DNA of 63,337 nucleotides, filler included, from Hyphochytrium catenoides (lineage: Eukaryota > Protista > Hyphochytriomycota): the NCBI GenBank assembly GCA_900088475.1. It is 10 parts of 10 records of this genome, joined end to end, with 100 filler letters (N's around TTAATTAATTAA, not from the genome) between each part and the next. Parts side by side here need not be neighbours in the genome. Positions count along the whole stretch, not along the records: positions 1 to 11,714 come from FLMG01000454.1; positions 11,815 to 13,079 come from FLMG01003346.1; 8 more parts are not named here. The stretch is one strand, 5' to 3'. The notes below the pieces were generated by a model. That model was not told where the DNA came from, searched no databases, and saw nothing but the letters and a program-made list of their open reading frames with translations. This document shows, piece by piece, positions 1-11,862 of the stretch. The position numbers were made by a program, and so were the translations under genes. Each line of letters starts with the position of its first letter. Position 1 is the first letter of the stretch.

Positions 1-2319
1 GCGTCTCTCACTATGGCGCTCTTGCTTCTCTCTTTTCTATCTTATGTGAATGTATCTGCAGTTGTGACTACCGTTTACACGCTGAGCGTGTCGTTGCTGT
101 CTCTTCTCAACGGCTTTGCAGCTCTCCTTTCTCTTCCAGCAGCTTCTTTCTCCGCCACGCATCCTCCTCTGGCCAGAGCCAAGACTTCTTATCTTCTTGC
201 CCCGCTAGTGGGTGCCTATGCGCTTTTTATCGCGGCTGGAAATTGGATCAGGTGCCAAGGATCACCTTCTGCGTCTAAAGTGTGTGATAGTTGTTCTTGT
301 CTTGCAGTTCTCTTTCCTAAGTATGCCATCTCCGGTCCGGTACGTTAACCTTAATTTGTCTTCGTCCTTGCCTCCTCCCTATCACCTTTGACAGTGGGTC
401 TACCGATGTATGGGAGAATTTTAGCTGGAGCCGCCTCTGGGCTCTGACCTTTTTATTCCTGTCTGCGCTCGATGCACTGGGCACAGTCATGTGAGGACCG
501 CCCCCTTCTCGCCTCTACTCTTTCGACGTGTATCTCTGACTTCTCTGTAACCTTGTTCTTGCATTATTCTTTTGTCTCGCCATCCGGCTGTGACTCTACT
601 TCCATCAGTCCCCGTCACACACTCCATCTTTCATCATGTGGTACATGGTGTCTATGGACCGGCGGCAGGTCGTACCTCTTGTCAGTTCGGCGGGGAGAAG
701 TGGCGCGTCCAATAGCGTCTCTCCAGACTCTGGCCTGTCGCTCATTGTGTGCATTTATCTCAATCTGCTCTTCCTTCCCGAGCCTTTCTGTCACTTCTTA
801 TCTGGTCGTTATTCCTTGGCTGTTGTTTTAGTAATGTACTCTCCCTCCCATTTGCTCTTGCAGCCTTTTACTCTTTTCACCTTCTGGGAGTGGGGGCGGC
901 CACTATCGGCGAACCGTAGGGCTTCTCTCGCTTTGTTTGAAGGTCTATTGGATGGGGGATGTTCTCTTTGCCATCCATGTGCTGAGGGGTAAGCTTGCTC
1001 CTGCCTTTCACACTTTTATGTCTCTTGATGTAGCTTTCCTCTATCTGATCAGACTGTTCTCATACTGTGCCGGTGTGTCTCTCAATCCGCCGATCTCCCT
1101 TCGCTCTTATCTCTCCCGTGACTCTGCGTCCTTTTCACTGCCCGGCGCAGCTCTCGGTACCACGCTTCTCCTTTCCGCCTAATGCTTTTGCTTGGCTGGA
1201 ACCTCTGACATATCTCGATTCTGGGCAGGGCCTCCCGAGGATCTCCCGGTGTATCTGTTCCCTGATCTCTACCTATCTCTCCTCCGTTTGCTTCCTGTCA
1301 TTTGCCACTCCTACCTCGCCCTCCGCTGGATGTACCCTGAGCCACCATCGGCAGCAGTGATTGAAGGTCTCTCTCCTGATGGAGCAGTTTCTTATTGATT
1401 TTCTGACTTCCTACCTTATATGGTATCTAAGACCATGACCGCTCGTCGACGTTTCCTCTCTCAGCGGCTGTTGTGACTCGGTCGATCCCCTCAAATAATC
1501 TGGATTGTCTGCTTCCTTCTTAAGCCGTCTTCCTCATATTCACTTCGCCTTGCAACCTTAGTGTGCTTTCTCCACTTCCACGCATCGACTCACATAATTT
1601 ATTAAAAACTCTTCATGGTAGACTTCCCAGAGTTTGCAGGAGGGATGAGAGCTTCAAGCTTCGAACACGGAGAGTGCCCGCACTGTCTGCATGAAGAGGG
1701 AGGACCGCATGGTAAGTGACCGAGAAAGGAGCATGTCTTCGATCTTTTCGTTCCCTTGATGGGTGTCCTGTTCATCTGGGAAACGAGAGGATAGGGACGG
1801 ACGCTCTAACAGTCTTCTTTCCCGTTGCTGGCTTCTTGCGGGTGGTTCTCTCGTGTGCTGGACACTCTGCTTAGGGTTAGGGCTACGGCCGCCCTTCTGA
1901 TGATCCTGACAGCCTTATCGTCGTCTTTCATGTGGCCCTGCCTTTTTGCACTTTACCTAGCTTACCTTCGCCTTCTGTCTGCTTATGGAAAGCCTTGTAT
2001 GAGGAGAGAGAGGCGGGTGAAAACAGTAGAGATGAGGATAAAATGGTAAAGAGAACTGCGGACGAAGTAGAGGAGAAGGCATCCGTTGCTATTCTCTCTC
2101 CTACCGTGGCTGTGGGTCCAGTCTTCAAAGTCTCCAGCTGCCACTGTCAGCTCCTGGGCACTAAGGTAAGGGACAAAGTAAACGTTGGCGAAGGGAAATC
2201 AAGGATCACCAGACGGAGTAACCTCTTCCACTTCTCATGATCTCTATCCCAAGTACCGATAGCAGCGTTTCCAAAGATTGACATCCTCGCCATCTCTCTC
2301 CGCGCCGCCCTCTCTCCTT

Positions 2320-2322
<3 letters not shown>

Positions 2323-2355
<33 letters not shown>

Positions 2356-2406
2356 CGCTCTCTCTCGCTCTCGCTCTCACACACACACACACATTCTCTC
2401 TCTCTC
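2323..2406 (+). repeat. (CT)n/(CA)n compound microsatellite
   Basis: Direct reading. Confidence 0.9.
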
Positions 2407-3593
2407 CTCTTCACGAATTCGCATGTTGGTCTTAAAAATTTACCCTATGCCTTGCTACGGTTCTGCTGGTGTTGTCATCTCAGGAAGCAGATCTATGCGA
2501 CTTTTGCTCTTGTCAGTGCGCTCACTGTGGCGGTGGATCTTTTGGGAAACTGCAGCGCCTGCGGTTCCAGCAGCGACTGGAACACCAGATGGAGAAGCAG
2601 GTAAGCTCGTAAAGTAAAGAACTACGGAGCAGATGGGAAGAGAGAACTGAAGAGAGCATTGAGATTCGGTTGTCGAGAAAGAAAAGAGATTGAGGCAGTG
2701 GTAGAGGAGACAGAATGTACCTTGCTTGTGCTAGTAAGTCGGACTGACTTTGGTGGCGTTCTCTCTCGCAGGCGTACCATGCCTTCGTGGCTCTCGCTAT
2801 TTATGTGGCAGGCTTCATCTCTCTCGTCTGCGCCTTCTCCCGCAGTCCCCATGTCAGCACTGTCAGTGCCCTTCTTTCTGCTTTCCTCTGCTTCTTCCAC
2901 GTCAAGGCAGAGAGGCGGTCTTGTCTCTCTCCCTCACAATCGTCGTCATCTTCGGGTCCTATCCTTATGGAAATGAAAGGAGGAGAGAAAGAGAAGAATG
3001 GCAGAAATAGGAACAGGAATAGGAAATTTCAGTCCTCATATTAGGAGAGGCAACGAATGGATAAGCTAAAGAGCTGCCTCTTTATCGGCTCTCTCTCTCT
3101 CTCTCTCTTGTCACCACTGCCACATTCAGACTCCTTGGTCGCAGCTGCGGCGGGTCTACTGCGTCAAAGATGCCTCTTCTATTAGTGCTGTCACCCCGAG
3201 AGAGAGAGTGCCATCTAGATAATGAAGAGACGTCCCTTTGCTTCCCTATCGTGCGGCTTTGTTTTCCTTTCGGGTGCTAGGTTGGAGACATGATGGGCCG
3301 CAGCCGGGTCGAGAAAGAAAGGCACGTAGGAAAACTAAAGAAGAGGAACGACTCATTTCCATGTTCGGGGTAGCTGGATGCTGGACAGAGAGAGAGACAA
3401 GCGAGAAGATAAAAGTAGGTCGAGGTGTAGGATGGCAAGCCTAAGGGATAGTCCTCTCTCTCTCTCTCTCTTGGACCGGGCACATCTCAGCTGATTATGC
3501 TCTATTATTGACTAGGTATGGACCATCGGTAATAAATAGCTAGTGACTATCTCTCTCTGTTCTTTCTCTCTCTCTCTCTCTCTCTCTCTCCCC

Positions 3594-4116
3594 TCAGCTG
3601 TAGGTACTCTCCTCTTCGCCCCAAGCGGGTTCGGCCCATGGTGCGGCATCATTCTGCTCTGTGTGGGCGGGGTTGGGAGGAAGAGAGAATGAGAGAGACG
3701 TGGCATCTTCCCCCTCCACTCGGTGAAGAAGCTCTTTCAGTCTCCTCCTGAGGCTCAGCTCCGTCCTCAGTTTTCCCAAGAATTGGTTGGCCTTCCAGCG
3801 GGTCCTCAGTCTTTGTATCGTGAGAGCAGCTTCGTCTTCCTCTCTGTGCCTTCTGTCTTCCTTTTCCCTTCTCTCCAGCTCTTCTCTCTTCTCTCTCTTC
3901 GCTGCCGCCAGGAGGTAAGACGTTGCGACGACACGGAAGCTCGCCTTGTCCACCTGACAGGGAGGAGAGAGGGGGCAGGGAGAGTTGACAGAAGGAAAGA
4001 GAGAGAGGGAAGAAGAAAGAGAGTGATGGCGAGGGTTTCATGAAAGAGAGCCAAGAAGACGGTCAGAAAAAGAGGGCGGGGCAACAAGTCAATCCGGAGA
4101 ATGAGGGAAGAAGGCC

Positions 4117-4152
<36 letters not shown>

Positions 4153-4734
4153 CTGCAAAAACAGAGAGACAACAAGGAGAGAAAAAGAGAAAAGGGAGAG
4201 AGAAAGGCAGAGAGAGCCTAGACAGCATACCTCATGCTCAAAGATTTTCTTCCCTGTATTAATGTTATGGAAGACGAGCTCTCCCTGTTCCAGATCTTCG
4301 TACAGAAGCCACTCGCTTCCTCTCTCTCCTGCGCCTTCGTCTCTCCTGCGCAGCTTCTCCGTCACCTCTGGAGGAAGGTCCTGAGGAGGAGTAAGGAACA
4401 GTTCTTCCAACTGCGCATAGAGTCAGTGGAAGAGGGAGACGAGAGAGAGAAAGAGAGAGAGCCAGAGAGAGAGAGAGAGCCAAAGAGAGAGAGCGAGAGA
4501 GTGAGAAGGACGGCGTCAGATTCAATATGGAGAACCGATGACCATAAAAAGGTAAAAGAGATGGAAAAAAGAAAGAGGTATACGACACCTGATGAAAGAT
4601 ATATTTCTCATCTCTCTCTCACGTTCACTCTCTCCCTGTCTCTATCTCTTCTTCCCTTTTCCAACTCCTTCTCTCTTCTCTGTTCTACCCAGTCCCACCT
4701 CAACCTGACCTATGATCTTTCTTTCTCTCTTCTT

Positions 4735-4790
<56 letters not shown>

Positions 4791-6347
4791 TTCACTTTTC
4801 TCCCTTTACCTGTCGCATTCTGAGAAGGATCGCCTCTGCTCCCTCCTTGCTCTCAAGGAATCTCTCTGCCTCTTCTCCTGCCTCTCTTTCTTCCTTCTCT
4901 TTGATGGCCGCCCAGCGCGCCTCAAACTCTTCCTGCGACCGTCTCTTTCTCTCAGCAACTTCCTTACGTCGTGCTTCCGCTTGGACCTAAGAAGCAGAGA
5001 CAGGCGGGTGGGAGTCGGAGAGATATGTGTGTGTGCGCGAGGAGGGAGAGGAAGAGACAGAGAGACAGAGAGAGAGAGAGAGAGAGAGGAAGAGGAGAAA
5101 GAGAGGGAGAAGAAGGAAAAGAGAGAGGCACGGTCAGAAGAAGATTAGGAGGGCGACTGAAGAGGAGGAGAGCAGAAACGCTGCTAGGGATTTGGATTCT
5201 CCACTGAACGAGGGAGAAGAGAGAGCCCAGGAAGACAGAGAAACGAAGAACCTGAAGAGGACAACAAAAAGGAAGGGAGAGAGAGAGAGAGATACATCTA
5301 TACATATAGAGAAAGAGAAAGAGAGAGAGAGTGTGAATGCACTACCTCTCGTGTGATTCTGTCTCGTTCTCGGGCCTCGGCCTCTCTCCTCTGCTTTTCA
5401 TAGTAAAGGCGGAATTCCTCTGCTCTCTTTCTTTCCTCTTCTCTTCTCTCTTCCTCGCGCCGTTCTCTCTCTCTCTCTGCCTCCTGCCGCGCCGCGAACT
5501 CCTCAGCCAGCTTCTCCATCTCTCTCTGTCTCTCTCTCGCCTGTTCTTCTTCTCTTTTGATTCTCGCGCTCTCATGAGCGTTCTCTCTCCAACAAGAAAA
5601 GTTCTTCCGCTTGAGGGCTTTTTCCCTAAATNNNNNNNNNNNNNNNNNNNNNNNNNNNNNNNNNNNNNNNNNNNNNNNNNNNNNNNNNNNNNNNNNNNNN
5701 NNNNNNNNNNNNNNNNNNNNGAGAGAATTTTTAAAAGTGAGCAACGTGGAGACAGTAAGAGAGAAGAGGGAGGAGAGAGCCCAAGAGAGAAAGAAAGAGA
5801 AATGTGCAAGAAAAGAAGGAGAGACAGAGAAAGGCACATCCGAGAGAAAGAGAGGAAGAGAGGAGAGGCCGCGTAAGAGGAAGAAAGGAGTAGCAAACGA
5901 GGCGAGCCCGAGGGTAACCACTCTGCCTCTTTCTCTCTCTCTCTNNNNNNNNNNNNNNNNNNNNNNNNNNNNNNNNNNNNNNNNNNNNNNNNNNNNNNNN
6001 NNNNNNNNNNNNNCTTCCGTGCGTCTATTTGTCTGTCTGTCTCTCTTCTGGACTCACCTCTTTGACCACTTTCCAATGAGAGAGAAACTCTCTTTTCGCG
6101 TGCTTTTCTCGGAGAAACTCAACGATCCGCAGACAGAGAACCTTGTCGTACTCCTGAGCCCTTTAGGCATATCCGAGAGAGAGAGAGTGAGAGGACGAGA
6201 GAGAGAACGTGGAGAAGAGAGAGACAGAGTGGGAGAGAAACAAAGAATACCAGCGGGGGAAGGTAGAGCGAGACAAACGTAGGGCGAGCAAGAAGGGGAT
6301 AATGAGGTTAAAAGAGAGAGAAAGAGAGCAAAAGAAAGAAAGAGAAA

Positions 6348-6381
<34 letters not shown>

Positions 6382-6520
6382 GAAGGAGTCACCTAGTGTA
6401 GACTCTAGCTTTTCCCATTCTGCTTTTCTTGATAACCTTCACAGCGTGAACCCAACGACGAACCGTCCGACGCTTTAGAAAGTCCGCGTGCAGAGCTTTG
6501 GCTTTACGCTGAGAGAAGTT

Positions 6521-6551
<31 letters not shown>

Positions 6552-6824
6552 GGAAAGACCAAAAAAAGCAGAAGGAGAAGGAGAGAGAGAGAGATGGAAG
6601 GTGAGGCGAAATACACGCAAGAGTGAGGACACAAAGGTAAACTATGGACAGAATGGCCGTCTCTTTCTCTCTCTCTCTCTCTCTCGTCTCCCTCTCTTTC
6701 TCGTCCCTCTCTCTCTCTCTCTTGTCTTCATGCAAATGTCCTCTATTCATTACGATTATACTCTCTTTCTCCCGAATTGCCCATCCTTGACAAAGATGGA
6801 CGAAATCATGTCTTTCTCACTCTT

Positions 6825-6862
<38 letters not shown>

Positions 6863-7209
6863 ACATTCTCTCTTTCTCACCATATTCTCCCGATAGTCTC
6901 TCGCGTCCATCGCGAACAGTCTCAGCTGCCCGAGAGCTTCTCCTGCTCGTCTCTGCCGAATGAAGAGAGAGGCAGCTCTCTCTCTCAAGCGAAAGAGAGT
7001 GAAGGCTTGCCATCGAGAGAAGAAAGAGCCGTAGTTGCCTCTCCTCCATCTCTTCAGCAGTTTCTCTCCTGAGTCTCTCATTATCCTGACGGAGATCATG
7101 CGGTCCTTTCTCTCTCCTTTCTCTTTCAAGACTTGCAAGCGGAGAGAGGAAGGGAGACGGTGCCAAAGCTGCTCCTTAAACGCAACTTGGAAAAGAGGTC
7201 GTTCTATTG

Positions 7210-7251
<42 letters not shown>

Positions 7252-8417
7252 CCGAGTCAGAGAGAGAGACCGGCAGGCAGAGAGAGAGAAAAAGCGAGGG
7301 AAAGAGAGAGACAGAGAGAGACTGGGCAGAGGAAGAGAGAGAGAGACAGGGAGGCATGCAGAGAGACAGAGACAGAAGAGAGAGAGAGAGAGAACTGGGT
7401 GGACCAGTCACCTAAGAATCGCTTCATCATTCTCTCCGTCACTTTCCTTGGTGGCTCCTGGAGGAGAGAGCCCTCGCGCTGTAAACTGCTCATCAACTGC
7501 ATGGAAGCGACAGCGCATGATGTGAGAGAAGAATAGGGGAAGAGAGAGAAAGAGAGAGAGCGGGCCGAGAGAGAGAGAGAGGAAAAAAGGAGGAAATGGG
7601 AGAGGGAACGAAGAGACAGACAGACAGAGAGAAAGAGGAGGATGGAAGGGAGAAGGAGAGAAAGAAAGAGAGAGAAAGAAATGGGAGGATGGAAAAAAGA
7701 GTATGAGAATAGGCGTTAGAGAGAGAAAGTGAGAGGTGATAGAGAGAAGGGGAGAGAGAGGGAGGGAGAAGGAGAGAAGAGAAAGAGATCGAGGCAGAGA
7801 GAGAGAGAGGGAGAGAGAAAGAGAGTCAGACTCAAAAGCACAAAGATGATCGGGGTGCCTACATCTTCCAGGAGGAGATCGATTTCTCTGTCTTCGACGG
7901 CTGTCCACACTGTGAACTTTTTCGCCACAGAGAGAGAGACCCATCTCTCCCCAGTCTCTCCTTCTCTCTCTCTCTCTCTTTCCGCCTCCTCACTGTAAAG
8001 CTCAAAGAAACTTAGCAGATGCTTTTCGGGAGTCCGCGTAGGATACGATAACAGCCTGAGGAGAGAATCGTGAGAGGAGGAGGAGAAAGTGAAAGAGAGA
8101 GAAAGAGAGAGAGTGCGAAGATAGGAGACGGAGGGAGAGAAAGAGAGAAGAAAGTGTGCGATAAGTGAAGAGGACAGAGAAGCAAGTGATAGAAGCCAGT
8201 CATGTCTTAGGGCTTGAGAGACGAGAGAGGAAGAGAAAGATTAAGACAGAAAAAGGAGGGAGAGAAAGAAGAGAAAAAGAAAATAGAGAAAAGAAGAGTC
8301 TCAGGTTTGAAACATCTCTTTCCCAGATAACGCAAGGGAGACAGCAAGATAGAAGACAGCAGACTCCCTGATCTGCTCGTCCTCTCTCTCTCCTTTTCTC
8401 TCTCTTCTTCTTCTTCC

Positions 8418-8451
<34 letters not shown>

Positions 8452-9400
8452 TTATCTCCTCTCTCTCTCTCTCTGTCTCTCACCTGAGCATGCAGATTAG
8501 ATCTCTCACGTCCATTTTGGGTCGTTTCTCCCCAGCTCCTCTTTTCTCTTCCACTTTTCGCTCGAAGAGAGGAAAGACTCGAGAGAGAAGACTGTCCACG
8601 ACCGTGGGCTCCACATGGAAATGGAGAAGGAAAGAAGAGATAACCTGTTCTTTTGTTAGGAGAGGAGAGAGAAGAGGAACAAGCTGATCACTCCGTGCCA
8701 TCGCTTTTGAGAAAGGCGTTGGAGGAGGAGTGGAAGGGAGCGGCAGAGCGGTGTTTCTTTCTTTCTCTCTCCTTTCTTTCTCCCGCTCTTCTCTCTCTTT
8801 TTCTTGAGGAGGACGGCAGTTCTTTTCTAAGCTATAATAGAGCTGGATGACCAACTGCCAGCGTTTCTCTCTACTGGAGGTGGTGGAGGCTCCAGAGAGA
8901 GAAAGAGAAGAAAGAGAGTCACTCTCGCCCCCTCTTTTCTCTGTCTCCCTGTCTGCAGANNNNNNNNNNNNNNNNNNTGCCCTCCATCCCCATGAGAGAG
9001 AGAGGAAGGAGAAATCCCGTCCTCTGTTCTCGAAGGGGCTGCCTTTCTCTGATGCAGGAGAGGAGGACGCCACATCTTGTGCAGAACTGAGAGAGAGAGA
9101 GAGGACTGAAAAAAAAGGTAGAGAGGGAACGAGAAGAAAAAGAATCGGAGGGTGTGCAAGAGAGAGAGAGAGAAGAAAGAAAGAGAGAGAGAGAGAGAGG
9201 TAAGGGAAAGAGAGAGACTGAGAGAGAGAGAGACAGAGAGAGAAGGGGAGACTTGGAGAGGAGGCGCAAGAAAGGAAACGGAAGAGTGTCTTGGGAAGGC
9301 CCAAAGCTCCTTCACTCTGTAGGCGCAGTGTCTCCCTCGCTGCTTCTCCCGGCTCAGTCTCTCTTTCTCTCTCTCTCCCTCTTTCTTTTCCTCTCTTCAC
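3594..9400 (-). CDS. Multi-exon coiled-coil protein with degenerate EF-hand pair, Sfi1-like repeats, WW-like segment and IQ-like motif (putative centrin/calmodulin-binding basal-body protein); 5' end uncertain, may extend to ~10108
   Basis: GT-AG exons spliced by hand include ~8484-8959, 7863-8055, ~7413-7495, ~6881-7188, ~6393-6509, ~6058-6160, 5346-5631(gap), 4810-4986, 4231-4410 and 3594-3953. They give DVRDLICMLR|LLSYPTRTPEKHLLSFFELYS (EF-hand-like), repeated A..F.....K..F..W units (HADFLKRRTVRRW, EFLREKHAKREFLSHW, KALKRKNFSCW), EWLLYEDLEQGELVFHNINTG (WW-like) and AALTIQRLRTRWKA (IQ-like). Three N gaps interrupt the model. Confidence 0.65.
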
Positions 9401-9559
9401 CCCTCTTCGTCTCTCTCTCGCCCCCTCTCTCTCTCTCTCTCTACCCCTTCCTTTCAGCGCTTGCCATGATGGTCGTGGAGAGCGAAGACTTGTGAAGAAG
9501 ATGCGACATCAGAAGAGAGCAGAAGTCAGAAACTCAAGAGCGAGGAACAGGAACACCAT

Positions 9560-9570
9560 TAGAGAGAGAG

Positions 9571-9619
<49 letters not shown>

Positions 9620-9933
9620 AGAATAGGAGAGTAGACAAGAGTAAGGAGCTGGCCAGAGAAGAAACAGTCAGTCAAGCTTTTGGGCCGAGAGAGGAAAGAC
9701 AGAAAGGACGACGGAACGATGGAGAGGACCGCTTCACGCAACACTGGCAACAACAGGAGAGAGAGAAGAGGAAAATGAAAAGACACTTGAAGCGAAACAG
9801 ATAAAAGAAGGAGAGAGAGAGAGAAGAGAGAGAAAGAGAGAGAGGGAGAGGGAGAGGAAGAGAGACAGAGAGGAAGAGAGAGAGAAGAAGAGAGAGAGAG
9901 AGAGGGAGAGAGAGAGAGGTTTAGAAAGAGAGG

Positions 9934-9964
<31 letters not shown>

Positions 9965-10090
9965 AGAGAGGGAGAGAGAGTGACAGCCTAAAAAAAAAAG
10001 TTGGGTAAGATGACAGAAAGAGAGATAGAGCAAAGAGAAGAAAGGAAGAGAGAAGAGGAGAGACAGAGGAAGAGAGGGAGAGACAGAGAA
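9560..10090 (+). repeat. (GA)n-rich tracts
   Basis: Direct reading; probably intronic for the minus-strand gene. Confidence 0.85.
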
Positions 10091-10470
10091 ACAACCACCA
10101 AGCTCCATTACTCCAGCAGCTGCGGTTAATATTCAGATTCGACCCCACTGTTTCAACCCTAGGAGCGCCGACAATGACGCTCAAGGGCGGTGAAGGACCA
10201 GAACAAAGCTGTTCAGGTAACATCTACCACGGAGGTGTAGCCGCTACCCCTTACTAGCCGTTAGCGGTCAATCTCTGTCATCTGTAAATCTGAAGATTTA
10301 TCTTCACAATCCCCAGAGATTTTCGGAGCTCCGTAAAACATTCAGGAAGATTGGACCCAGATTTGGAGCTTTTCCAGATCTGCGGCAGACCCGAGCGCCC
10401 TGCATTTCTTAGACCTCCAGGAAGAAAGAATAGGATTGGGGCCCGAGGAGGATAGAGTTACCAAGGAAAG

Positions 10471-10810
10471 ATGGTAGGTTGGCGTCGATTCATCGCAGGT
10501 GTCTGTCCGAGACGCTTTGGCTGACTGAGTTCTCCCATGCAGCTGCCTCTCTCATTACTGAGGACCGCTCAGAACCATCCCATGGTATGACAGCTGAGAT
10601 GGCGCTTCAGCTGTCAGCACCTACTCTCTCTATGCTTTCCTGGTGACTCTAACTGAACTCTATTTCTCGCCTAGAGCTGCCACATTCCTTGGACTGCGAA
10701 TCTGTCTCTCCTGTTTTACTTATGCTCCATCATCATCCCATCGTCCTCTCATTTTCAATTCTTTTCTATCGCTATGGCGAGTGTTCCCCGCTTTCTCCCG
10801 CCTGCTCTCT

Positions 10811-10846
<36 letters not shown>

Positions 10847-11588
10847 GCGCGCGATCTCTCTCTCTCTCTTCGTTTTTTCTTTCAATTCTCTTTGTCGCAC
10901 TCTCTGGCTCTCTCTGTCTCGCACTCTCTCACTCTTGTCTCTCTCTCTCTCTCAGTATGTGTGTCTCCCAATCCCCTTCACTCCCGTCATTCTGCTTTCG
11001 TCTCATTGCTCCTTGGGCTCTATCTGCCAGGTCATTGAGCTGAAGAACGGCGATACTTACAACGGAAGGCTCGTTAACTGTGACACTTGGATGAACATCA
11101 ATCTTAAAGATGTGATCTATACCTCCCGGGTTCGTCTTCTTCTCTCTCTCTCTCTCTTCCTCTCTGCCTCTCTCTCTTTCTCCTTATCTCTCCCTTGGAG
11201 CTACCCTTTCTTGCTGCATTCCTCTGTACCTCTCGGCGTTTTCCTCGCTCTTTCTCTCTCTCTTTTTGCCTCTTTGCCTTGCTTCCTACCTAGTCCTTCT
11301 TTTCCTCTTTGCCTTACTTTGCCTTGCTTCCTACCTAGTCCTTCTTTTCCTCTTTCTCTCTCTATCTGGCACTTTCTCTCGTCCCCTTCTGTCTCTCACT
11401 GTCAGTATCTTTCTCTCTCTCTCTCTCTGTCTCTCTCTCTCTCCCACTCTCTCTCTGTCTCTCTCTGTCTCTCCCCACACTCTCTCTGACCCGGACACTC
11501 ATTCTCATAGGACGGTGGTAAGTTCATGAAGATGCCTGAGTGCTATATTCGCGGGAACACCATCAAATATTTGAGAATGCCAGAAGAG
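10471..11588 (+). CDS. LSM4: U6 snRNA-associated Sm-like protein LSm4 (3' end cut by scaffold end)
   Basis: Exons 10471-10473 (ATG only), 10543-10584, 11031-11129 and 11511-11588, all GT-AG phase 0. Product [74 protein letters not shown] is near-identical to canonical LSm4. Confidence 0.97.
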
Positions 11589-11714
11589 GTGCCAACAGCT
11601 ACTCCCCCCAGTGGCCCCCTCATCGACTTTCTCTCTCTTTCTCTCTCCCTCTTTCTCTCTCTCTTTCTTTCTTTCACTGTTCTGCTTCTTAGCTCCCCCC
11701 CCACCCCCCTCCCC

Positions 11715-11814
11715 NNNNNNNNNNNNNNNNNNNNNNNNNNNNNNNNNNNNNNNNNNNNTTAATTAATTAANNNNNNNNNNNNNNNNNNNNNNNNNNNNNN
11801 NNNNNNNNNNNNNN
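11715..11814. other. Artificial scaffold-joining spacer (44N-TTAATTAATTAA-44N); identical spacers at 13080-13179, 23817-23916, 46451-46550, 48593-48692, 50303-50402, 55964-56063, 59623-59722 and 61515-61614
   Basis: Nine identical 100-nt blocks carrying a palindrome with stop codons in all six frames. Confidence 0.98.
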
Positions 11815-11862
11815 GAGAGTACGATATCCGCTACCTCTAATCTCAGTTCCTCCGAGGCTGGA

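Noticed and set aside
1-3500. Purine-rich minus strand with a CxxCxH-like fragment (~1670-1710), possibly a decayed retroelement gag
   Set aside because: No sustained frame or recognisable RT, integrase or protease motif.
2147-11529. Dozens of SLSLSL / ERERER ORFs in the ORF track
   Set aside because: Translations of (CT)n/(GA)n microsatellites, which lack stop codons. Only segments bounded by splice sites were kept.
11759-11770. Recurrent palindrome TTAATTAATTAA (9 copies) as a biological repeat or piggyBac-like site
   Set aside because: Always centred in exactly 44+44 Ns. It is a six-frame-stop linker added when concatenating scaffolds, so adjacency across it is meaningless.
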